Source of the DNA: Haplodiscus bocki
Taxonomy: Eukaryota
NCBI GenBank assembly: GCA_965655095.1
Contig: OZ296651.1
Coordinates: forward strand, 49,104,001 to 49,168,000
Direction: 5' to 3'
Length of the DNA: 64,000 nt
The notes under the pieces are model-generated. The model ran no database searches, was not told the DNA's origin, and saw only the letters and a program-made list of their open reading frames with translations. This document shows, one piece after another, positions 37,701-50,537 of the stretch. Positions within the stretch are counted from its first letter, which is position 1. Each line of letters opens with the position of its first letter. The translations under genes were made by a program, and so were the position numbers.

Positions 37701-39789
37701 TTTTTTGAACGGTGGCTCGGCACTACTACGTCAAAGTGTGGATTGTAACCTTGGTGATGGAAAGCCACTTGTTTTTTATGAAGATTTTACGCCCAACGGG
37801 TTCTGGACGTCTTATGGTAGAGTGGACATTTTTGTGTTTGGCAAACTGGACCCTTTCACGCTTGTGGAGTAATTGGTGTGGCGTTTGAAAAGCGTTAACC
37901 ATGACAATTCGTTGCTCTCCTCCACTTATTTGCGTCGTGGTATTATGCGCGACTCTGTCGAGTTTGCTGACTTGAGACATGTTGTATCGGAGATTACACC
38001 ACTATGTTATACTATACAGTTGTTTGTGTGTAATACATGTAGCATTGATTTACATGTTCGAACCGTCCAAAACTTTGGCGTGGATAGTGTATTTCACTAT
38101 GACAGCTCGATGCCCGTTCATCTTGACTTTTTTATGATGATTTACAACGACTAATAAATCAGCTTTAATTTATGGTTTCTAGCGAGTAGTGTTTTTGAAA
38201 TTCGTTACTATTGCGAACTTTACATTTTTTAAAGCTGATCTCGTAAAAGTGTACGAGCTTCACACTTTGCCGCTGAGTTTTGAATGGGAGAGATATACCA
38301 GGCCAGCAGCGGAAGATTCTGACATCCAATCGATGCTCTTTCTTGAGTGTTCTTTCTTCTCAGAGTGTTTTTTGTGCAACCAAGGTTTGGGCAACAAAAT
38401 GAAAACAAGGATTGCCAAGAACGAACGATTTCCGAAGAATGCACATCAGTTTATCTTTGGTTTAGTCGATCAAAAATTACAGATTACTTCTGCTAACAGT
38501 GTGATCGGGAAGCGCAAGCCATGTTTTTGTCCTGAAACAATGCATAGTAACAACGATTGTACATCTTCGAGTTGTTCGTTTAACTTGTGGACAAAGTGAA
38601 AAAACATGCGTAGCTGACGGTTTCCGGAAGCGAAACTCCCATGAATGAGTTTAAGACTTTTGTGCCTACTCAACATTCTCGTCAAGTGTCTTCTAAACTT
38701 CGATGCCAGTTTCCATATTGTTGTGGCTCATTGTTTGGATGTCAATTCCTTCCCCGAGCGGAAGAGTTTGCTGAATTTTTTTCAATTTTGTGCGTTTTGT
38801 GTTCGTCAAATTGATTTACTTGTTGTTGAAGTTGGCGTTACTCCTGTGGCGTTTCCTCTTACTTTTTCTAAATCTATTCTTCGTTTTCTCAAGTCAAATA
38901 TTTTATCATTTGGCGTGAGCATTAGGCATTTGTTTTCCAGTGGCACTTTGACTTTGGTGCACACGATTATGTCAGAGGCTGAAGCGTTCATAGGCAATTA
39001 CGACTATAGGCTTTAGGGTCCATTTAATGTTGGACGCCGGTTTGGAATCTGGCGTAATATGGTGGATTGTCAGATTCAAATTCGCACTCAACGTTTTCTT
39101 GACCGCATGGCAAGATTAGAAGCGAGTAATGCCCGCCATCGTGAACTCTCAGACGTAGGACAATCATCTCAAAGTGCTTCTGCCATGAGACCCTCAAGAC
39201 GTGGGGGTAGGAGTGGACCAATTGAAACTGTATAGTAAAATGTGTTGACGTAGAGTTGCCTTCTACTTTTCAGGTGAGTCTTTTTCCAAATGAAGCCAAA
39301 GGGACGTTTAATGTTAGTGAAACACTTTGTGGCAGAAAGTCGTCAGAAACATGTTGTGAAAGTGCAGTTGTCAAACGAACATTGGTCTGAGAAAAATGAT
39401 AGTTTTGGCAGCAAATCTGCGTCCCATGAGGTGTCTTCATTGGCTGTTGGCCCCAGTGAAAAAGATTTTATGACCAAAGGTATGGCCAATCGCGATAAAG
39501 TGCTTGCCAATTTGCGGGTTCGAAGGCTTCCACGTTCACCCAAATTTCAAGAGGGCAGACGTGGTTTTCCACCAATAGCGGTTGTGCATCTATTCGAGGT
39601 TCGCTCTTGTGTTTTTATTCGTTTTATATGTCCTTTGGTTCCAATGTTTGTAAATTGGTTGATTTGGAATTATATTTTTAGTCTGTTTTCTTTGTCGTAC
39701 ATAACATTGGACTTGAGTTATTCTAGTCAAGACCGATGAACTTAGTTTTCACTTATTTTGTTTTGAGTCTAGTGTAGGTCTGTCGGACG

Positions 39790-42700
39790 TGGTCTAGGTT
39801 GTTTTAATGTCTGTAGTCGTCTGTGTAATCCAGTTTCGGATTAATGCAGAAGGAGTGTTTCCCCCTCTTCTAGGTCTGTGTTCTGATGTTTTGGTGTCTT
39901 GCACCGTCGTTTGTTTTCGGTAGTCTTGGCTTGTCATTGGGTTCTCGTTCTGGCGGTTGTCAGTGTGATTGTCTGATTCGGGCACTGCTTCTGCAAATTT
40001 GGGACTGATTTCAAATATATCTGGTTTGATTAGGAAGTGCTCTGGAACCTTTCCGTAAGTGAAGCTCATCGCATGGTTGTCCTTGGATTTTCTGTTTCTT
40101 GTTTTTGAGGATTTTGAACTTATCTTGTTCAATGCGTATTAATGCGTCCTGTTTTACTTTTCCGATTGTGAAGTGTGAAAGGTTATGAGTTGGTGGTGGT
40201 TGCGTTAATTTTGATTTCAAGTTTTCGTTTTGTTGGATTTTGTTTTTTTTTCATTTCATTCCTTTTCGATATTTCTTCTTCGGTTTCTGGAGTTTCATCA
40301 GGCAAGCAGATGGCTAGTTCTTCTTCTGCTATGTCCAATGAGTCGACGTTCACTTCTATTGCTTGTGTTTGGATGTCAACTCAGATTTTGAGCTGAACTC
40401 ACTCATAGAGGAAGGTTTCAAATCTTGATAGGTTATCTGCTACTGTTTTCTTGGAGCCTGTTACCTAGACTATTTGAAAACGGAAATGGAGGTCGTAGTT
40501 GCAAGCGTTCCATTGTGCTGGTGGAATCGCTTTTGTCCTAAAGAATCTCATTACTCATTTATTAACTGTGAACACAAGTGTTGATTTTTTTTGCTTCCCA
40601 CAAGATATGACTGTATTCTAAGAATGCGTGGTAAAATGCTAGGATTTATTTGCAGTGCAAGCACATCTTTAGTTGTGGTTGTGTAAAAACTCGCGAGCCA
40701 GAAGCTTTGGTGGCGAAGTATATCCTTTTGGAACAGAGTTTTTGTTTATGGTTGTGTTCTGTCACGGGCGCGTAAACTGCGGAGGGGAAACTGGCGTCTG
40801 TCACTACGATGACTTTTTGTTGGGCAGTGGTTGTTTTAGCGCTATCCCTTGTGCTGTGTCTAATGCTTTGTTTCTCTGGGAATATTTCTGGATTACTTCT
40901 TGGGTTATCCTTACTTTGTTTTCCGATTTCAGTGGGGTGGTAAAAGTATTAGTATGTCGGACAGGCGTAATATGTAGTTTCTGTACTTCTTAGCAAAGCC
41001 TTTGAATCGTTGGATTGCTTTGTCAGATTTTGGCACTTCGACTTTTTTTGAGAAATTTTGGATTTTGTGCGTTTGTGGGGCTATGCCTTCAGCTGTGATT
41101 GTTCTACGTAAAAATTCCAGCTCTTGACCGCCAAAATGGCGCTTGTAGATTATGAGTTTGAGGCTTGGCTTTCTTATGCATTCGAAAACAGCTTTCATGT
41201 TCTAAATGAATTCTTTGCTGCTATCCGTATCTCGTCTTTTTACTGGGCGCATTGGTTCGTTTTTTTTACTGGGTCTGGGTATTCTGGCATACCTCGAGAA
41301 TGCCAACAGGGATCGGCTAAGGCCTTGTGCTAGCCTTTTGTCCGCAAACGTCCGTCTGGCGAAGATAAAGGCTAGTAGCTCTATGAATCTTTGATCCGCC
41401 ATTTGTGGATAGTGGTAGACCTGTGAGCAGTCTAGTTTCCAGGATAGTTGTTTACCTGCGAGATGTTATGCTGAGTTTAAAAGTGTACATTTTGGGTGAT
41501 TGTTAATGACATAATCATCCGAGATGAGGTTGTTGATTCTCTTGAGGTCTACTTGCAGCCAAAGTTTTCCGTTCGGTTTCCGGTTTGGTGAATATTGAGT
41601 TTGGTGATTTGGGGAATGGTGAGACGGTTTCGATGCCATGTTTGTGCATTACTGCTAATTCGGCTATGAAATCCTTTTTAGGTTGAAAGGCATAGACAAA
41701 TTTTGGCTGTAGACTGCTTTTTCGTTCTTGGGTGAGAGTTTAGCCTAAAACTCTTGATTGAGTCTAATGTCCAGTCTGTGGCGGGCGAAAATGTTATGGT
41801 ATTATACGAGTTTTTGTTCGACTACGTGTTTCTTCTACGTTTAAAAGAGGGTCTGTCTAGTTGATGTTATCGAAAATTCGTTGTTTTGGATGTTGATCGC
41901 GTTATGGGTTCAGATGTTCTAGTTCCTATAATTCCTATTGTTCGTCTAAGATGCGTCCATTTTTTGGTGTTATTTTGTCACTGTTTCTTGGGTTTTTAGG
42001 AATAGAAAACTAGAACCTTTCTGTGGTTGAGTCTTTTGTTTTATCTTGGGTAACTCATTAAAATATATGGTGGTTTGATCACAGTTGTCTTTTTGTAGGA
42101 CGCCTAAAGCTGCGGTATCAAGTGTTTTGAGTTGTTTCGTCTGTTTTGGTGATTACACTTGAAAGTTGGCAAGGGTGGTGCCTGTTTTTATTGAGTAGGT
42201 GTAGTCATTTGGGTGGCATATCTTGGTAAAAATTTCTTTCCTTCGTACCGTTGATAACGAATTGTCAACTTTTGTCTTATGATACTTCGTGGGAGTGATG
42301 ATGTCTGTAGTTTGATTTTAGCGTTTCGGGTTTACATAGGCTAATATTCTTGCGGTTGTCTTGGGTGGTATTGTTAGTGTCTATTGTATTCCATGTTTTG
42401 TGGTTTGTACGTTATTGTTTTTTTCCGTCTTCGTTGCCCTTGTTAGGTGTGCAAAATGGAATTAATCCCTGGTTTTTGTCAATTACTGCGTTGTTGTGGC
42501 GTAAAAAGGATATTTCTGTTTCTGAGTTTTTCATGTTGATCAGAGTTCCTTGATTATGAATTGTCTTTGGAATCGGGTTTCGCCGATTTCAAAGATGACG
42601 TGTAAGCTTGTGAGGGTTTTTTTGAGTTAGCCGTTTGCTACTTGGATATGAAATGGGGGCGAAGGTGCTTCGGTTTGGTGGTGGGCCAAACTGTTTTGCT

Positions 42701-42900
42701 TATATTGTTTTGTTTCTTGTCGAGAACAATTATTAGTGCTCGCGATTCCACCAGTGCGTTGACTGTAAGTTCAGCGTACTCGATGGGTGTGTCTAGTATT
42801 TTTCTATGTTTCTTAAAAGGTATCATTGTTGATATTGGTATGAATTTTCTGTTGTTTGTGAGATCTGTTTGAACTTGTTTTTGTATTGCATGTCCTAAAA
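39790..42900 (-). pseudogene. pol: Gypsy pol remnant (PR-RT-RH; integrase core apparently deleted)
   Basis: PR 'VNALVESRA' (ALVDSGA-like). RT 'MADQRFIELLAFIFARRTFADKRLAQGLSRS' and 'KAVFECIRK.SLKL...HFG..LEFLRRTI..GIAPQ'. 'IRIEQD..ILKN...IQGQPCDE' joins directly to the pol C-terminal tail 'RPRRGG...'. Confidence 0.85.
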
Positions 42901-43559
42901 ACATCTTGTCTTTGTCGAAAGGTCGGACTGTGTCATATTGGGCGTTGTTTTGGTTGTGTAGTTCTAACGTTTGTTCTGTTTTCTTTGTTTTGTCTAGGGT
43001 AAGGCCAGGTTACATATTCTTGACATCAGTGTGTGTGTATGTCTTCAGACATTGTTTTTGCATGAGTTATGATATTTTGAGTAGTGATGTTTTGTTGTTG
43101 GGTGTGTTTTTTTGTTTTTTTTTGAGTTTTGAAAATTTTTCATTTTTTGTTATTAGAATTGGCGTGGGTGTGTTATTTTCCTGTTCCGTTTTTTTGGTTG
43201 GGAGTAACATAGTGGGTTCTTTGTTTTTTTTGACATCCTTGATTAAAATGGCTTTTCTGTAGTTCTCGCCTTTTGTACAATATGGGTCTGATGTTACGTT
43301 CAATAAGCGTTCTGAGTATTGTTCCCTATATGTGCGATCATTGTTGACTTCTCTATCTACGTCTGAGGGTGTTAATTGTCTGCGTTCATCTGCGTGTTGG
43401 TCGTTAGTTTTCCATGTTCGAGGAGGTTCATGGTTGGTAAGGGTCGTTTTGTTGTCATGTATATTAGTCTCCTTTCTGGCGTAGTTTTGCACGTTGCGAA
43501 TTGTTTTGTAGTTCATGTGGTATGATATGAAAAGTGCCTTTTCGCAGTGGCGTTGCAAA

Positions 43560-44620
43560 TCAATTGAGGCTGTGTCGTGGCCTTGTGTTTTCGTGTCTGT
43601 TATAAATGTGTTTGAAGGATCGGAGACCTATTTTGCCTGATGTGTACCATTTCTCGAAATCGTAAACATGTCGTAGTTAGTTTAAAGATTCGACGTCTTC
43701 TTCTGTTTGTTGTGTTGGCATTCCGGGCTTAGTGTCTGTGGTAGTGTCGTGTTTTTGTTGTCTTTTTTGTCCTTTGTTGGTGGGGGTTTGTTTTTACCGG
43801 TAGGGTTTCATCAACATGTTTCAGCTTCGTGATTGTTTTTTTGCAGATTTCACATCTTGGTACCTTGGGTTCAACGCTTGTTGTTTGGTTCCCTTTTTTT
43901 GTTGTTGTTCTCTTTTTAGTTTCCAACGTTCTTCTTCAAGGTACCCTTCTTTCCGTCAACTGTAGCAGTTTCCCATCTTTCTGTGCATTGCTTCCTTGTG
44001 TTTGGGTTGAGCTTGGTTGATGGTTGCAAATGTTGTTTCGTCGAGTGTTACTAGTCCGTTGAGTTCCAGTTCTTTTTCTTGGTCATTGAGGATTCTTTCA
44101 TTTTTTCCGTTGTCAAAGTTTGCTAGGTTGATTATTCCCTTGGGGTGGGGTGGCATTATTGCGTGGAAGGATTGGTTTTTTTCCCGGGGCTTCCGTTCCA
44201 AAAGCGGCTTTTGCGAGTCGTTTTAGATCTTTGAGGAATTCATGTCAGTTTTGTTTTGTCGGGTGGAACATCAACGTTTACCATTAATTTCTTGCAGATG
44301 CCATTGCTTTGGTATCAACAAACCTGCCTTGATATATTTTTAGGACATCGTTGATGATTTCGTTTGTGGGTATGGTCTATTAGCGATAGTTTGTAACGCA
44401 TCCCTTCTCTTTAGCGATAGAAACGAGTTATTCTCTTCTCCTTCAGTAAGATGCAGGTACATTTTGAGGCTTGGGTTGAAAAAGTCTTCGAAGAAATCGA
44501 TCTTAATGTTTTTACATCGAATACCGGTAAGATGGCCGTGTGTCCTTTGGGCGTTTTTGATGTAGAGCAATGGCTGGTTGTTCGTTGATGCTCCGGCCTG
44601 GCTACTGTTTGTGCTAGCTC
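43560..44620 (-). pseudogene. gag: Gypsy gag remnant
   Basis: 'FFEDFFNPSLKMYLHLTEGE..NSFLSL.RRDALQT' and 'MPPHPKGIINLANFDNG...EKELELNGL', followed by a 'CEICKK' knuckle remnant. Confidence 0.7.
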
Positions 44621-44706
44621 TTGCACCTTTGCATTCGCATGGTGTTGTTTTCTTGGTATTGAAAGATTGAGCAAGCAGGTTCCTCTTTTTTCCAGTGGTT
44701 TCCCTT

Positions 44707-44724
44707 CAAAAACTTCTCTCACCG
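44707..44724 (-). promoter_or_regulatory. Degenerate primer-binding site, tRNA-Leu-like
   Basis: Directly after the 5' LTR end ...ATGACA comes CGGTGAGAGAAGT, matching 10/13 positions of TGGTGTCAGAAGT (complement of the tRNA-Leu 3' end). Confidence 0.55.
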
Positions 44725-46136
44725 TGTCATAAACTTCTAATTAAGTATCGGCAAACACAATTTCAAAGATAACGTCTTCATGGTCCGCGCGTAGTCCGTA
44801 AAATTCAATTAATCCTGTGAACTTTCTCCTACGCTTAGCGTGGTTCCGACGCCCATCTTGTTAAGGTCATCGTTGAGTGAGTTTTTTGACAGGGAACCTA
44901 GGGCTGCAAGGATGGTGTCATCAGTTTTGCGTAATTCATTTTCTACTCTCCGGTTTATTTTTGACTCTATTTGTTGAGGTACTTACGTTTTTTGTTCAAT
45001 GGCGAGGTAACTCTTCTCTGTTTCAAATTTCTGAGCACTAGTGCAAGGTGAGTACTGTGGGTTGTGGTAGTTCGCTTGACACGCCTTCCTGATAAAAGCC
45101 CTCGTAGGCATTGTTTAAAAATTTGAACTTCAACAGTTTATTGCATTTTTAACACTTACCAGAAATGAGTCATACTGATTCGTTTTTCCACACTTTTTCA
45201 TTATCACTATTTTAACGAATCAAATCAGGGCATTTATTGTTCAGACCGTCTTCTGCGACGCTAAACTTTGAGTCCTTAATTATTTCCCACTGCGCGGCCC
45301 ATTCAATTTGACGTGTTGGTACAAAGCAGGGAAACACTCTTACTTCCCCGGGGTTTTTTTAAAAGTTAATGGGGAAAATGTAGACAAACCGACGCCAATA
45401 CCGACGCCGTCAACGATTAATACTGCACAGAAATTCAACATCCCGAACTATTGGTAAGAACCAAAAATTAAGTGTAATGAAATCCAAGCAAACAATTGAA
45501 ACCTACCGGAAAATGTATAACGGTCAACTCGGATTAGGATCCAAGCAAATTAGTCCTTCCCAGAAAAGTTTGGATCAAATATTAAATTCTCAACAATATG
45601 ATGAGATTGAGGGTGGGCGCCTATGTAGCGTCAAAATCTTTGGTACAGTGTGCGTAAAGGTAGCAATTTTCGTACCGAGTTTAAATCAAATTTGCTAAAC
45701 GTTTCCCCCAAATCAGGATAATTCATCAGTTGGTTTATATATACAGTTAAAATAATTGTTAATATGAATCTGTATGGCTGTGTTCTTGATCTGTTCGTAC
45801 TGTAGTTATAATGAGTATCCCAATAACATTTAGTACTATTTCTATTCTTTTTTCTTCTCCGTTTTTCGGTTAAATTATGAGTGTGACGCTATATGTATTT
45901 ATTCAACTCCCGTTCCTGTAGTTTGTGTGTCAATTTCTTAAACTGTTTTGACATTCTGGGCGCAAAATTGCGCGCCACACTAGGCTTTGCGTCCATTGTG
46001 CGGTGATTTTTGCCCAGTATTTCAAATTGTCTGTGATTGAAGAAAGTTTTGGGCTTTCCAAAATTCATTTGTTTTGCGAAATTTCTTTCTATGTACCCTT
46101 CACATTCTTTGCAAATGTTTTTATCATTCTGCGACA
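44725..46136 (-). repeat. 5' LTR (~1412 bp)
   Basis: Minus strand starts TGTCGCAG and ends TTATGACA. Homologous to 33711-35135. Confidence 0.85.
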
Positions 46137-46249
46137 AATGATTTTCAGTTTGAGCAATATCAACGTTACATTCGCCTTCTTCCTGTTCTAGAACTACTTT
46201 TCAAACCAGGAGCCAACTATGATTCTGCTATCATTGATGGAAGATAGAG

Positions 46250-48050
46250 AGCGAAAATGCTTTTCACAAGGAAAGCGGAAATCGACGAAACTAAATTGAT
46301 TCAGTGTTTCAGTTGTCGACACTGGGCTAATCGCATCTCCAAATTATGCATGTTTGAACCAAATTGAGTTCTTTGTGGCTATGACCAAACTTCGAAAAGT
46401 CATAATGATTATTATTGTCAAATCTCCCATAACCACAGCGACAAATGTTTACCACTTGATTATGTGTACTGCATAACATGTTATGGTAACCACCGTGCAT
46501 TTGCTAGAAGATGCAAAGCTTTCAAAGATTCTTTCGCTCGAGTTGCTTCAAAATTCAATGGTTAAATCAAAATCTGAATCGCACAGATGTAAGTCCACTT
46601 TGCCGGATTATTATTGCAGTCAATTTCGTGTTTGGACCGCTACAAAAATGATGACGGTGTTGATCTAGTTGTTTTTTAGGAATCTCATGGTCAAATGGCT
46701 TGCTTCAAGGAAAGACGTTCAACTATGATTTATCTTTACCAGCTGATTATTGATCTAAAAACGAGAACCAAGATTGATTCCAAGGATCCCTGTCTGGCCG
46801 CTTTCTACGATTTAAAGAACGCTTTTGATTCAATAAATCAAGACTTTTTTTTTCTACTGTCTGCTCAAAAATGATTGGCAAGTAAAAACTATACCTCCTT
46901 TTTATGTTTCCCTCAGGAACAAAAGTGCTCGCCTGAAAGTGAATCAGTCTTACGGAAAGTTTTTCACTCCATCAATTGGTGTACCTCAAGGTGCGGTCCA
47001 TTCGCCATTACAATTCATAATTTTCAGATCCAAGTTTCTGAGGAACTGTGAAACAAAAAATAGGTAAGCTGTTGATGACACAAGCCTATGTTCTCATTTT
47101 GAATCCATCACGCAGTTCGAAACTCCCGATGAGTTTTGCAAAACCTAGAGATTGGTTATCAACAGTGCTCAATCTGAGCAAATTTTTTTTATTTATTTTT
47201 GAAATGTCGATAAAATATTCAATTATTTGTTTTGGCAAATTGCTTTTTAATCAAATAGATCGGCAATTGAAGTTTAGCTGTCATTTTGACCAATTGATGG
47301 CGTTCAACCTATTCGCTTGGAATAACCTTAAGTGTGTTTTAAATAGAAGGATTAAGCCGACTTTTCGTTTGAATTTCTTTAATGTGTGCATCAAATCTCA
47401 AAGTGATTGTAAAAATCACCTATGGTTTGATAGCAATCCATCATCACTCAATGGGATATGGTGAATTTTGTGACGACTGCCATTTCTTCGATATACAGCG
47501 GGTTTTACAAGCATGTTGCTTCCACTTTTTAAAAAATTCCTAATCAGAGAACAATGTTCTCATCAGGTTCCTAAAAGTCTCAAAGTTCTGGCTCAAAATT
47601 CAACGTTGCGATTACGCATTTCTATGGAGCATGTAAGTATCTGTAGGTCTTGTCTCAGGTTCAATGAACGTCATTTTTCGCAGAAGTTTGATGGGTTGCT
47701 TGAAGACATCCGCTGTTTTTGTTGCAGCAGATGTCGAGGCAGTATTCTAGTTTTATTTTATAAATTTTGGACGCATATTTGGCAAAGGGAAACTGACAGT
47801 AAGTCAGTTTCTACTCAATAGAAGTGACTGATTGTAGGAAATAAAATTCTCGAATGATTGGATTGCAATAATGTGTCTGCCATTTATCCCATTCTTACAT
47901 TAAGGCTATTGGTCAAAAATTTTGGATTGAATATGTTCAGATACGATACGTGGAATGCTGAGCTCCCGCTCTGTGAGTGCGGTGAATATGATACAAATGA
48001 ATATCTCATTTTTCATTGTCAACGTATAAATAGGCGTGCTTAAAAATGTT
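46250..48050 (+). mobile_element. Decayed, internally deleted I-group-like LINE (PHD remnant, RT, RNase H-like segment, CCHC)
   Basis: 'LIQCFSCRHW' (~46295), 'AAFYDLKNAFDSIN' (~46795-46840), 'GVPQGAVHSPL' (~46978-47010), and C-terminal 'PLCECGEYDTNEYLIFHC' (~47965-48020). Confidence 0.7.
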
Positions 48051-50537
48051 TTGATAGATGAAGAAATGAGGTCTTTTAACAATTTTAATTAGGAAAAGTT
48101 GATAGAGGCATTTATCGACCTATTGAAGATGAATGAAAGTATTCTCGAGTTTTGCGACACTTTATGGAAAAAGAAACCCAATTCATGTTGAATGAGATAT
48201 AACTGATCTGTTGACATATGTATTTGTGCAATAAAGACAATAAAAGGTTCTCTCTCTCTATTTCTTTCTCTCATCTTCCCCATCAAAGACCCGCACCAAA
48301 ACATTTAACACTTTAGGTTCTTGGAACAATTGTACACCAATGACAAACGATAAGAACCTTTGAGAAAACGCAAAAGATTTTGCGAGGTGCACCAATGAAT
48401 ACTACCTGGATTAAACGAACTGTGGTAAATTGAGTGGTACACCGAAATTCAGGATCGCTGAAAACGAACAATTGAAAAAAGTATCTCACTAAACTACAAT
48501 AATGCTGTTTAATTTCAATCTTTTCTAGAGCAACGGTATTTCATCTGGTCAACTGGATGCATATTGTTTGGTGTGAACTAGCACGGAGTTACTCAACGGC
48601 TTGCAGCCTTTTAATTTTCTGCAGTGTATAAAACATTTGTTACAAGAACGTTGACCTAGATTTATGCAATCATGAGACTGCTCATTGGTTTGGATCCCAT
48701 TAACTAATCATTTCTCCACAACAATCAATACTGAGGGCGTCGTTGATTTACGATTTAAAATTTACAAGCATTTTTAAATCCTTCCAGAAAAATGAAAATC
48801 GGCGACCCAAAGAAACACAAAAAATTGAACTCGATGTCTCTCATCTAAGCGACAGAGGAAACATCCGCGTGAAAGGATGAGAGGGAAGTCCTCTCTTTGC
48901 TCAATTTTCAAATCAACTCTGAAGTCAATATTGAGGAAGGCTGACCGATCGTCCAGTTGAAAAAAATAACCTAACCATGCAGTTACGAGGGCAAAGAAAA
49001 CTGGAAAAAAATCAAACAGGTGGGGAAAATTCAACGTAGTCCGTTCCAGGAATTTTAGGGAAAGAGGTGGGTGTCAAAAAGGGCCTTACATTTTTCATTT
49101 TTTTCGTTGTCTTTCCTTTCTCTCTGAAAGACTCTTCGTCCATTGGTTCTTTTTCTTCCCATGGCAGAACCGAAAGACCTCAGTTCAATCACTTTTTTTG
49201 CTTGGCGGCTTGTGGTTCGATTTTCAGTGAAGAACTCCTTGCGTCGCGAACGGCTAGTTTCTTCTCGGGAGCATCGCCAAAAATTGGAAACTCTCCAAGA
49301 ATTGCTGGTGCCCTGATGACCCTCCATAATTGCAAAAAATGCAAAGAAGAGATTCATATTAGAACTTTTGATTTTCTGAAAAAAGACTTCCGAATAATAC
49401 AGATGTTGACCTGAAAACAAAGTTATTAGAGAATGCTTCAGTTTATTTGGAGTAAACTTGAAACTCTCCCATTTTTTGGTTTTGAAGAACGAAACTTAAC
49501 AGTCTTCAACAGATTCCTTTTTTCGCCAGCAAAAGTATAGCTGTCCTCATTTGTTTCTAGCGCATAAGGAAAATTCTTTCATCCAAAACTCATTACTGCA
49601 ATAAAAAGTACTTATCGGGACCAGGTTGTTGAGTACAAAAATTCAAAGTCTGCCCGAGTACCCAAGAAGAGCAAAGTTTGTGGCCTTGTTAGCCACTTTG
49701 CCCGAATGGGTTTGAATTTTTAGTGAAGCATTGCAGTCAGAGGTTTTTAGACTTCAATTGCAAAGTATTTATGTTTTCCTGTTTCGAGTTTAGGTTTCGG
49801 TTCTTTTATTTTCTAGTTGTAAGAATTTAACTGGTCTTCAGTGGCTATCTAAAGCGCGTGGTGTGGCGAGATTTTTCTTGGAAAAATTATTTCACGATCA
49901 CCGTCAACGGTGCAATAACAATCCACTATGTAATCTTTCTTCAAATCTATTAACTACTGCTTCAAAAGTAGTCCAATCTACTATCTGTAACCATGCGGAT
50001 AATATAGAATTCAACAAAAGTTTATCTTCAACAAGTCTTCGTTTCATTTACCTTCCAAGCGGATATTGAATACTTATTTATTGTCCGCTTGTTTGGCTGT
50101 CTATTGTTCCAGTTCCTAATTTTCTTTCGTTCAGGGAAGGAGTCATTGTCAGAAAGTAATGTTTCAAAATTCAAGAAAAAATGTAGCACCAATCTCAAAG
50201 GGTTCACTAATGAATCAAATTGGAATCATGTTTTCCCGATTTGTGATTTTTATTTGAATTAAATTTATCAACAGATTATACACTAGCGGACTGAAATTTT
50301 GTTTCTCAAGGTCCGGTTTTATTTGCGGTAAGTATGTTCCATGCCGGCATGCACGGTACTTCTTCGCAAATTTGGTGCAATTATCGGTTAAGAACTGAAT
50401 ACGTACGCGCACTTTTGTCCTCTTGTGTTTCCATCAGTTTCGACTGTAGTAGTAGACACTTGACTACGTCTGTGATTAGTTAGTACCCCGTCCATGGTTT
50501 GTCTTCAACCAACAAAATCAATTTATGGGTGATTTTT

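Larger units (their letters stand above)
33711..46136 (-). mobile_element. Old, complete-outline Gypsy LTR retrotransposon with env-like ORF (12.4 kb, decayed)
   Basis: Two ~1.4-kb direct repeats; the 5' LTR has TG...CA ends. PBS, PPT-like tract, and gag-PR-RT-RH fragments in order on the minus strand. Confidence 0.85.
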
